Origin: Bdellovibrionales bacterium
GTDB taxonomy: Bacteria; Bdellovibrionota; Bdellovibrionia; Bdellovibrionales; UBA1609
Assembly: GCA_041690295.1 (NCBI GenBank)
Contig: JAWLHR010000008.1
Span: 1 to 64,000 of the forward strand
Direction: 5' to 3'
Length of the DNA stretch: 64,000 bases
Positions 31,101 to 38,971 of the stretch are shown in pieces (the first letter of the stretch is position 1; the number at the start of each line of letters is the position of its first letter). A program made the translations under genes and the position numbers. The notes under the pieces are model-generated. The model saw only the letters and a list, made by a program, of their open reading frames with translations. It was not told the origin of the DNA and ran no database searches.

Positions 31101-32008
31101 AGCTTTTCCGAGCGCCGCGGTTCCGCCACGTCTTTGCGGTAATCCGGAGAAACGTCGATCAACGCGTTCAGTACATCTTCGGTAATGCGGACGTTGGTGC
31201 GGGGAGTGAGTTCATCTTTGATCAATTCGCCGATGATGTCTTTCACCTGATCCGGTCTGAATTCCCGGATCATCACCGGCTCGGCGATGCTGGTGAAGCT
31301 CGGATGGCCCTTGATGCTGTTGCCATAGGACTTGCTGTCCACTTCTAGAATGATCGGAAGAGGATTATCCGAATCGGCTTCTTCACGCAGGACGCTCACG
31401 ATGTAATCGTTCGCGAAGTGGCTCTCCTGAAAAACAACCAGGATTTTCCGGTTCAGGTTCTCCTGAATGAACTTCACAGTATCGAGGTACGCCGAGATGT
31501 CGGCTCCGCCAGGTATGAATCTGCGCATCGAGGTCCTGAAAACCACCATGCCGCGAAACGTATTCTTGTAAAGGTCCGAGGGGGGAAACTCCCGAAAAGC
31601 GATTCGCAGAACTGTTTCCTTGATGACGTCCGTTTTGCCGACGCCCGTATCGCCGACCACGATCGGAAATTTGTTTTTCTTACGTTGGAGCAGATCAAGA
31701 ATTCGGGAGATTTCGTCTTCACGATGGAGTACGCCACGGACTCCGTCCTGATTGGCCTCTTGGACCAAGAGATCGCTCCAAACCTCAGAGAGATGAGCGA
31801 CCATACCGGGAAGCTTGTTGCCGCGCCTGGCTTGCTCTTCGGCAAATGTCCAAAGATCGTTCGTGAAATACCTGTATCGTTCATTATTATTGTTCGAATT
31901 GGTGGACGTGGTGTTGTTGTTACTGGAGTTGCCCTCATGCGCGGCTGCGAAGGACGACGTTAAGATACACGTGGCGACTATGCAGACGAAGCCTACCCAT
32001 TTTGACAT
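28151..32008 (-). CDS. Signal-peptide-bearing ClpA/B-like protein with three AAA+ modules fused to an M41 (FtsH-type) peptidase domain, C-terminal CEAAL
   Basis: Walker A GDTGVGKT, GPTGVGKS, GVTGSGKS; AYHEMGH...LAGSEAE...GRSNDVERA; N-terminus MSKWVGFVCIVATCILTSSFAAA|H. Confidence 0.85.
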   Translation of the reverse strand: MSKWVGFVCIVATCILTSSFAAAHEGNSSNNNTTSTNSNNNNERYRYFTNDLWTFAEEQARRGNKLPGMVAHLSEVWSDLLVQEANQDGVRGVLHREDEISRILDLLQRKKNKFPIVVGDTGVGKTDVIKETVLRIAFREFPPSDLYKNTFRGMVVFRTSMRRFIPGGADISAYLDTVKFIQENLNRKILVVFQESHFANDYIVSVLREEADSDNPLPIILEVDSKSYGNSIKGHPSFTSIAEPVMIREFRPDQVKDIIGELIKDELTPRTNVRITEDVLNALIDVSPDYRKDVAEPRRSEKLIEDFMVHQNRKAKGKAVTPKRADLFRFVASQLGLPVIPQNEQEFANYMQGVKERMKERIIGQKAMVDGVVDQFIAALTSRSRQHNIALLMGPTGVGKSLLGEILAEEFYGDKSRLIELDMTQYKDAHTMTSLFGANNGYVSSDKEKGVLCDFFDGRGKGGGIVIMNEIEEMSADALTRFMEMWDKGSFPGGDGKLRYVGRTLFILTSNKNSDRILSYDAIKGMTRAELDRRIAGITEEQLKKAFTEKASYTEDASKQVKSAILERVDRIYFASPLLKDEAVQIAHLEINKFVRDYHKQSDTRIVVDDSLAEVMTSAFYNEALGARQIRTNVQQYLSRAINEFKLQHGFKSKELKISAKLHKSLKTVSYVTITDGKNELTIDGPRIPVKNKLLDAEFRQRLVDLEANMKSEIFGQDEAIRAIASGVKARFLEGEEGRPVAGFLLGVTGSGKSELAKVLAKHLFGRKEAIRLFDMGRIQHESDLNTILSPGKGIIGSDQPGELEQFLIQYPDGGVLLFDEMSNVGGNNIVFKRSVAMQFYTMLEEGFYRSPSGKVYPLNNHVMIFTGNDGEEILRGLTSDSMLEETYNDVMKDPQFVKNLLSQAGFTDAFIGRLAFSHFMRPTLGDVKTLIAKKLINEWKQKVEKNQPIDIELPEDIYKEIGALMFSPKTGARSINEFVKNTLGPLVTDQALTHSWDALLEEGTRLKIKVRLHTIKPTNPFYSGSKPDPRKAVIHAETYMGEEKVGESKADFTDKASFIPQVHIDNAMATAYHEMGHAITAFTKVTGKKVVKITIVPESFGGDFSALGYVQYRNVPRQGPPDWEWMVKHIAGLLAGSEAETLFVGKDNAHNVGRSNDVERAGSLARRMILDAHLMPELDAAHAYKDSKGDIVTNLPADLQAKFDRLVQKAIDEARDLAVSHIKANWGLIEAGVKFLMEMGGTMNAKEFSVLEKEWAEAVKEGKQTLDIEPAAIRAKACEAALMN

Positions 32009-32174
32009 TTTGCTTTTTCCCCACCGTTTACGAGCGACCCTCGACGCCCGAAAAAGTTTACCCTTTTGCTTGAAAGCATCCGTTATGGAAGACGAGCGAG
32101 GGAGCGTCAATTGGCCATTGGTGCCGACACGGGGCCAGTAAAAAAGTTTCTTACCGTTTTGAAAAAAGTAACGA

Positions 32175-33590
32175 CTAGCGAATCAGGCGACCTTCGCAGG
32201 CCGCTTTAAGTTTGCGCAACTTTCGCACATTCGGCTTTTGAAAATCCGCCGAGAACGGTTTTTGTGAGATCTCAACCGAGATGACATCCGTCTCATTGAA
32301 CCGGAGTTCTCTTCCATGGCTGTTCACCTCGGGACTGTCATAATCCAGCGTGCTGCCGTTGGCCGCGATGATTTCGCGGTAATGGTGATCCAGAAAGCGC
32401 ATGGGCCGAGGCGGCTCTTCCGCCACGGCCTTCAGCATGGTTCTGATGATGGGGAAGAAATTCATGTTGGCGCGAATGCTGTGATCGGGACCGAGCACCA
32501 CAAGATCCGTACGGAAGATCTTCGGTGCCGCGGTCTTGATCGTCCGCAGAATCAAATCCGTTTGCGCGGCCGTGAGATCCGGGCCTTGAACGGTGTGCAC
32601 GAAGACGGCTTTACGTCCGGCTATTTCGACAAGAGTCAACCCCAGGTAGCCCAGGGAGTGGCCATCTTGGTCAAAAATGTAATAGTAGCGGTCAAAGGGA
32701 TTCAGAGCGAACCCGGGGGAGAAGGACGTGGAGCAGTCATTGCCCACATAACCTCGAAAAATTCCCACATTCGGATGCACTTCCTTGATGTGCAATTGAT
32801 CACCCACATTCAGTGTCTGGTCGATTGGTTCGGAAAATACATTTTCACTGATGGCTTTATGGACCTTGTCCAAAGTGTCGGTTGTGATTTTAACTTTCAA
32901 CCGGGACAGCAGCGGCTTGTAAACCTGGGCGTCTTGCATGAAATCCAGGGCCCCGACTTCAAGGTCCCGCAGCCGCGACATTAAGACCGCGGCCGGCCGT
33001 CTTTGCTTGGGCGTGTTCAGGATCCCACCGATGATCAGATAACCGCTGAGAAGCGTATGGAACTCCTGCATGGCGCGGAGAGAGGGCAACGCACGGTGCA
33101 CGGCCGCCGCTTCCAGTTCCGCGGCCAGGCGATCGAGGATTTGCTTTTTTGATGAGCGATGGCTTGCGACCTGTAAAGCCAGCGATTGCCACTTGATCTT
33201 CCACATGTTCCAGCGTCGCTTGTTGAGCTGGATGGAGTTCTCGCTTTCAATGGGACGAATCACCGTGACCGAGATGTCGGTGAGCGGCTCGCGCTCGGAC
33301 CAATCCTTGTAAAATTCCGGATGTTTTGAAAGCTCAATTAAAAGCTTTTGTTGAATGTATGAAAGCTTGGAGAGCCCGGCGTAATAGCTCAGGTGTTCGT
33401 AGCGAATGGCTCCGGGGAAGGCGCGTTCATGCTCTTCGAGAAGGGATTTGATGTACGCATCGGCGTTTCGGTAATCCCTTTGCAAAACCGTGCTGGGAAA
33501 ACGGATGGTCTGTGGTTTGGAGGTGGTCGCGCGAAGCGGTTGGGGAACAACCAAAAGGCCGGCGGCCAAAACAAAAATATCGGTGATCAT
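32175..33590 (-). CDS. Secreted RGxVGxDCS-family protein, C-terminal CEGRL
   Basis: EVHPNVGIFRGYVGNDCST. Start and signal peptide are less certain than for its paralogs. Confidence 0.75.
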   Translation of the reverse strand: MITDIFVLAAGLLVVPQPLRATTSKPQTIRFPSTVLQRDYRNADAYIKSLLEEHERAFPGAIRYEHLSYYAGLSKLSYIQQKLLIELSKHPEFYKDWSEREPLTDISVTVIRPIESENSIQLNKRRWNMWKIKWQSLALQVASHRSSKKQILDRLAAELEAAAVHRALPSLRAMQEFHTLLSGYLIIGGILNTPKQRRPAAVLMSRLRDLEVGALDFMQDAQVYKPLLSRLKVKITTDTLDKVHKAISENVFSEPIDQTLNVGDQLHIKEVHPNVGIFRGYVGNDCSTSFSPGFALNPFDRYYYIFDQDGHSLGYLGLTLVEIAGRKAVFVHTVQGPDLTAAQTDLILRTIKTAAPKIFRTDLVVLGPDHSIRANMNFFPIIRTMLKAVAEEPPRPMRFLDHHYREIIAANGSTLDYDSPEVNSHGRELRFNETDVISVEISQKPFSADFQKPNVRKLRKLKAACEGRLIR

Positions 33591-33685
33591 GGACAGCCAA
33601 CCAATTAAAGGAAATTTATTTTTATTGCAAAGTCTTGATCGCCGAGCGACCGACCGATTGTAAAAGTTCATCATTCGCCAAGAGA

Positions 33686-34807
33686 TTAGTCGTCATCGCC
33701 AAAAAACAAACCCCATAATCCAAAGAATCCGGAACCGGGTTTTTCAGGCCGCTGATTTCGTTTTGGCGGCGCGGGGGGTGGGGGCGGCGCCGGCGCCGGC
33801 AGATTCTGTCCTTCGACGGCGAACCGGAAACTCAGATTCTCCTCGGCCAACGGTGCGGCGGTCATCCGCACCCGGGCCGAATAACCCACGACTTCGGTGA
33901 TCAGGCGCGCGGCCTGAACGTAGTAATCCCAGTTCATATTTTTGATCGTGTCTTTTGGCCCATGATTGTACGGATTCTCGAACTGCGAGCCGTAGGGTCT
34001 GGCCATTAAAATCGCCGGCTGATCCTCTTCCCAATAGACTCCGTGATCGGCCGCTTCCGGATCGATGCGATGAATTTCAGAAGCGACTTTCAGTCCGCGG
34101 TCCACGGGTAAGCGGCGAAGCTGATAGAAGATTTCCCGCGCGAGCGGAAGGTTGTCCTCGCGATCGCCAACTTCGGCGACGATCACCGGCTCGCGGTGCT
34201 TCGGAAAATAACCGATGGCATCGACAATGAGCACGCCGATGAGCTTTCTTGGATCATTCTCCAATTGTCGGGCATGGTGTCTCGCGCCCGCGCCGTCAAC
34301 TTCTTCCAGGTCATGAAAGATCAAGCGCACGGTCCGGCCGGGCGGGTGATGGCGAAACAGCTCCGCCAGATGCAACACAAGGGCGACGCCCGCGCCATTG
34401 TCATCGGCGCCGGTTTCAACCGCATCATAGTGGGCGCCGATTTCCAAAATCTCATCCGGGGTTTCGAGGCCGGGGATTTCAACCACCACGTTCGCCCCTT
34501 CAAGAAAAGTTTCAAAGGTGGCCGAATAGCCAAGCTGCCTTAAATGTTCCGCGATCGAGAGACGGGCGATCTCCCGGCTCAGTTTATTCGATCGCTCTTC
34601 AAGACGAACGCCACCCCATAAGGCCTTATCTCCGCTTATGAAGGCGATATGACTGCGCAATCGATCCGGATTCACTTTGTTGGCGAAGGCGTAGGCGGCA
34701 TGAACTTTTGGATCAGGCTGCTCCTGTACCAGGACCGGTTCACAGGGTTCTTCGATATGGGCCTGCGCCACGGCCACGAACAAAGACAAAAGTAAGTGAA
34801 GAACCAT
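33686..34807 (-). CDS. Secreted M28 family metallopeptidase, N-terminal CEPVL
   Basis: GAHYD, GADDNGAG, DLEE, DAIG, YNH..D; signal AQA|HIEEPCEPVL. Confidence 0.88.
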   Translation of the reverse strand: MVLHLLLSLFVAVAQAHIEEPCEPVLVQEQPDPKVHAAYAFANKVNPDRLRSHIAFISGDKALWGGVRLEERSNKLSREIARLSIAEHLRQLGYSATFETFLEGANVVVEIPGLETPDEILEIGAHYDAVETGADDNGAGVALVLHLAELFRHHPPGRTVRLIFHDLEEVDGAGARHHARQLENDPRKLIGVLIVDAIGYFPKHREPVIVAEVGDREDNLPLAREIFYQLRRLPVDRGLKVASEIHRIDPEAADHGVYWEEDQPAILMARPYGSQFENPYNHGPKDTIKNMNWDYYVQAARLITEVVGYSARVRMTAAPLAEENLSFRFAVEGQNLPAPAPPPPPAPPKRNQRPEKPGSGFFGLWGLFFGDDD

Positions 34808-34947
34808 TCCCGCTCCCGGTGGTAAGGCGGCCTTTATACTGGGAGCAAGGCAGGCATGCAACTTGGTACTATTTACCAGTTTCTGTAGAAATTGTAGGAA
34901 GCGGTCCGCCCGTTGCCCAAATTCAACCGCTTTGTTACCTGACTGAA

Positions 34948-36612
34948 ATGCGAAAAATCCTTCTCTTTGTAACCTTGTGGTTCTCGTTTGCCGCCGTCGC
35001 GAATGAAAAAACATGTGAAGATCAACTGACCGGTGTCACGGACGAAAGAGTCTTGCAGGCTCACGCCATCGCTTCCCTTCTCGATACTGGGGAGATGCGC
35101 GAGTACTTGAAATTGCTCACGGGTGAAAAACCACTGCCGACGGGTCTTCTGCTTCACGCCCGCAACACCCGAGAGACCCGCGCGATCGCCCGTTTACATC
35201 TCAAGCGCATGATCGAAGAGATGGGATACAAAGTTGAGATTGATAGCTTCGATAATGGCGCGAATGTGATCGTGGAGATCCCTGGAAAAAGCAGGAACCA
35301 CGAAATCATTGAGGTCACCGCTCATTATGATTCAGTTGTCACCGGCGCCGATGATAACGGCGGCGGCACCGTCCTTTTGTTGGGTATGTTGAAGCTCTTT
35401 AAGAATGTAGAGCACGAGCGCCGGCTGCGATTCGTTTTCATGGATCTTGAAGAGCAAGGGATGCAGGGAAGCCGTTATCATGCCGAGCGTGTGGCCCGAA
35501 CCATGAATGATGAAAACAAACTGGTGGGAGCCATCGTGGTGGACACGATCGGATGGGCGCATCCGGAGAGTCAAACTTATCTCGGTGTGATGGAAGTCGG
35601 ATGGGAGTTTGATCAGGACCATGCCCGCATCGAGTTCGCCAAGGACCTCAATTATGTCATCCGGCGTGTGGGATCCCGTGACGGTCTTATTATTTCGGTT
35701 GAAACGGATCAAGCGAAGCCATTCACGACCGATCTGGGATCGTACTGGACTCATAAACTGCCCGCGGTTTTGGTGGCCGCGCCCTATGAGTTGGGATTTG
35801 TTAATCCGTACTACCATACAGTGAGGGATACGATCGCCAATATGAACTGGGACTACTATCGACGAATGGCCATGACCATCGTCGAAATGACCGCCTACGT
35901 CTCTCATATGAAATTGAAGAATCCGGAATTGATTTCCCCCAAAGGGTGGGAGTTGCTGGCGGAGCTGGAACATAGAGACGTGGATCGGCGGACTTTCCAA
36001 TTGGATCCCTCGGTGGATCGCAGTGTATCGCTGAGTCCGGAGCTGCGTTTTGTGACCACCAAGGCGAAGAAAACCGAAAAGTCGAAAAAGCGGAAGAAGC
36101 GCAAAAAACAGGAAGTCATTAATCATGTGCCAGCTGACAGGCCGGTTTCAGATCCTGATTACACACCACCTCTTTATATAGAGCGGTATATCGATGAGAT
36201 TCGGAAAACTCCGGGTGAAGAACTTTTCTTCATCGTTTTCCCGGCGGATCAACAAAAGTATCTCCATGGCTTTGTCATGGCCGGATCGAAAATGCTGGAT
36301 TTGCATTACGACTCGTTTGCGACCTACAAGATGATCTACGACGAAGTTCGGGCGCGGAGAGGAACGGTTTACGGCGTAAAAACCCCTTTCACGGCAGCAA
36401 GACGTCGAATGGAGAACGAGGATTTCTTCCTGCGCACGTTGGAGATTTATAAAAGCGACGAATTCGACGGCGTCAAATTTATTTCAGGTATCGGGGAAGT
36501 GCAGTTTTATAGGATGTATCTGACAATGGATTTGTCGTGGGTGGTTTCAGGCAATGCCTTTGAGAAATTATCCGTTGATAAGCCGCAACTCCCGTTGCCC
36601 TTCGAAGACTAA
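34948..36612 (+). CDS. Secreted M28 family metallopeptidase with C-terminal extension, N-terminal CEDQL
   Basis: AHYD, GADDNGGG, DLEE, DTIG, YYH..RD; signal AVA|NEKTCEDQL. Confidence 0.88.
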   Translation: MRKILLFVTLWFSFAAVANEKTCEDQLTGVTDERVLQAHAIASLLDTGEMREYLKLLTGEKPLPTGLLLHARNTRETRAIARLHLKRMIEEMGYKVEIDSFDNGANVIVEIPGKSRNHEIIEVTAHYDSVVTGADDNGGGTVLLLGMLKLFKNVEHERRLRFVFMDLEEQGMQGSRYHAERVARTMNDENKLVGAIVVDTIGWAHPESQTYLGVMEVGWEFDQDHARIEFAKDLNYVIRRVGSRDGLIISVETDQAKPFTTDLGSYWTHKLPAVLVAAPYELGFVNPYYHTVRDTIANMNWDYYRRMAMTIVEMTAYVSHMKLKNPELISPKGWELLAELEHRDVDRRTFQLDPSVDRSVSLSPELRFVTTKAKKTEKSKKRKKRKKQEVINHVPADRPVSDPDYTPPLYIERYIDEIRKTPGEELFFIVFPADQQKYLHGFVMAGSKMLDLHYDSFATYKMIYDEVRARRGTVYGVKTPFTAARRRMENEDFFLRTLEIYKSDEFDGVKFISGIGEVQFYRMYLTMDLSWVVSGNAFEKLSVDKPQLPLPFED

Positions 36613-38798
36613 GACGCGGAAAGCAGCGATTCGCACTCAGACGATAAAATTCTCAAGACTTCAGAGATCTGGCCTTGCTCATCATTCGTTAACTGAGGAT
36701 CCTCGGCCTTGGCCTTCACCATGGGAATCAGATCTTTCAAATCGAGGTTCGAGAAGTTGATTCCCCGCGAGTGAATCAAAACCAGCTTTCGATAATCTTC
36801 GGGCGTTCCGTTAAGCAGCTGGACGATGAAATTTCTAAAGCTGGTTGAGGATTCAAAGAGAGACGGGTTCATGCCGATGGCGACCAAGGCCAAGTAAGGC
36901 CTGGGCCAGCGTTTAAGCATGGCGATGGTGAATTGGACGGTCTTCTTGAGCAAAGCCTGATTGGTGGTCGTGGTGGCGTCAGGGCTTTGCAGATGTCCTT
37001 CGTAAAACAGGTAAGGCCGGGATTCGATCAGGTCATCGGTGAGTTCGATGTCCAATTCTTGAAACGCTTGCCTGATCGTTTCGTAATAGGAGGCCAGCGG
37101 TTGCAAGTGCGGGTTTCGCAAGTGATCCTGGATGGGGAGCAACCGTCCCGACCTCAATTGGATGTTGTATGGCTGGAGAATCGCGGCGGCCACTTGTCGC
37201 CGGAAGCCGTAATTCAAGGCACCTCCGTTACCAAGGTGCGCGCGAATATCCATAATCACTTGCTCCAAGTGATTGTGCGCGGTGCTGTTTTCTTGGCTGG
37301 CCAAGAGATCCAATGCCGCGAGAATCGCTTCGCGAGGACCGATAGGCTTTTTGCGATCGACAAAACCACCCAGCGATGAGGGGCTGGTTTGAATCCGAAC
37401 GGAATCAAAAAATGATCGATCCAAGAGGACCTCGTGACCGACTCTGTTTTTGTCGGGACTGTCATAATCCGGGACGAACCTGATTTCTGACGTCAACTGG
37501 GCCAGCTGATCTCTTAAGGCGGCATCGGGATAATCGAGCTTATGAGTTTGGTCGCTCAATATCTCATAAAGAAGGTTATGAAGGGCCACGTAATTGATGT
37601 TGCGATAAATGACGGATTTTTGGGGTAAGAGAATTTCTCCGTAACCCAAATCCTTGGCGGCCTTTCGTAAACCATGGAGCGCCAAGAGCACGTGCCTTCG
37701 CGAAATCGAGGGTCCGCTAATGGAATGGATATAAAAGTATCTCCTGGAGTTTTCTTCGGTTCGAACCACTGTGCCTTGCAAATAGCCGAGCAGTTCTCCC
37801 TGGTGGGAATAAACAAAGAACGTGCGTTCCTGGGGCATGTAAACGAACGGGAAGGATGTTGAAGTAGAACAGTCCCCGCCCACAAGTCCGCGCCATACGC
37901 CGATCTGAGGAGGAACCTCAATGAGTTTGAGCGCGAGCCGCTGATCCTCTTTCGCCTCGCCGGTTTTACTATAGAATTGAGCGCGCAGACTTTCGCGCAC
38001 GGTTTGCGCATAGGCCAGAAGTTCCGGCGAGGCTTCGAGTTCGGCCTCGGTCAGCACTTCGGACCAAAGGGTCTCATCGTCGCCGAAAAGCTCTTCACAG
38101 TTCGTTGAACGGTGCCGCTCACCGCAGACTCTCATTAAATAGGAGGCAAACGCCAGTTGATTGTTGTTCCATTTCTTGGCCAATTCGATGGCTTCCGACC
38201 ATTCCAAAGATTCAAGGCCATAGCGTGAGGCCTTGAATTTCTGACGGAATGATTCCGCATTGACCGGATGTTTGCTCAGAAATTCCAGTCGCTCGTTAAG
38301 ATTTTTGATCCGAAAACCCTTGGTTTTGAGTTCGCCGGCGTAAAGACTCATCATTCCCGTGATCAAACCATTCAGTTTTTCTTGAACCAGGTTAGGGGCC
38401 TCAGCCCACCAGTCTCTATCCACTGGCCGCGGACCAAGCGCGCGGCGCAGCTCATCCGCGTCCACCCGCCGTCCCGATTCTTTGATCTTTATGGAAGTTG
38501 AGATGGCAATCTCCATAAGGGGCGGGCGCTTCGCGGCCAACACCACAAATTCGTGATTGTTCCGCAACCAATTCACCAGGCCGTTTTGACTATTGATGAT
38601 GGCCAGAAAATCGACATCGTATTCCGCGCCTTGTTCGAACAAAGTGGGAATCACCTGCTGTAGGTAGAGCAAATATTGAACCTGTTCGTCGATCGTGGTG
38701 ATGGGATTGGGTAAACGGTCTTTGGCGATGACGCATGTCGACGACAGGCTGGCAATAAAAATGGCGATCGAAATTAAAAATCGCAATAGGGGCTCCAT
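36609..38798 (-). CDS. Secreted RGxVGxDCS-family protein, C-terminal CESLL
   Basis: EVPPQIGVWRGLVGGDCSTSTSFPF; signal peptide. Confidence 0.85.
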   Translation of the reverse strand: MEPLLRFLISIAIFIASLSSTCVIAKDRLPNPITTIDEQVQYLLYLQQVIPTLFEQGAEYDVDFLAIINSQNGLVNWLRNNHEFVVLAAKRPPLMEIAISTSIKIKESGRRVDADELRRALGPRPVDRDWWAEAPNLVQEKLNGLITGMMSLYAGELKTKGFRIKNLNERLEFLSKHPVNAESFRQKFKASRYGLESLEWSEAIELAKKWNNNQLAFASYLMRVCGERHRSTNCEELFGDDETLWSEVLTEAELEASPELLAYAQTVRESLRAQFYSKTGEAKEDQRLALKLIEVPPQIGVWRGLVGGDCSTSTSFPFVYMPQERTFFVYSHQGELLGYLQGTVVRTEENSRRYFYIHSISGPSISRRHVLLALHGLRKAAKDLGYGEILLPQKSVIYRNINYVALHNLLYEILSDQTHKLDYPDAALRDQLAQLTSEIRFVPDYDSPDKNRVGHEVLLDRSFFDSVRIQTSPSSLGGFVDRKKPIGPREAILAALDLLASQENSTAHNHLEQVIMDIRAHLGNGGALNYGFRRQVAAAILQPYNIQLRSGRLLPIQDHLRNPHLQPLASYYETIRQAFQELDIELTDDLIESRPYLFYEGHLQSPDATTTTNQALLKKTVQFTIAMLKRWPRPYLALVAIGMNPSLFESSTSFRNFIVQLLNGTPEDYRKLVLIHSRGINFSNLDLKDLIPMVKAKAEDPQLTNDEQGQISEVLRILSSECESLLSAS

Positions 38799-38971
38799 CC
38801 GGCCGCGGGCTCGAAATCGTTTGTTTTTAATTGCCGTGGCTTATCAGCAACCGAGTCGGGTATCAATGTGAACTTCCCCCCAATCTTGCGAACATGAAAA
38901 AATTCACATTTTCCGATGGCCGCTAAGTGTGCTAGCGCTCGCCTATTCTCAGGGTATGGAGATCTAAATAA

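Noticed and set aside
32020..32070. Minus-strand AAAGGGTAAAC...GGGTCGC resembling a c-di-GMP-I riboswitch
   Set aside because: Lacks the GAAA tetraloop, the GCAAA element and the second stem.
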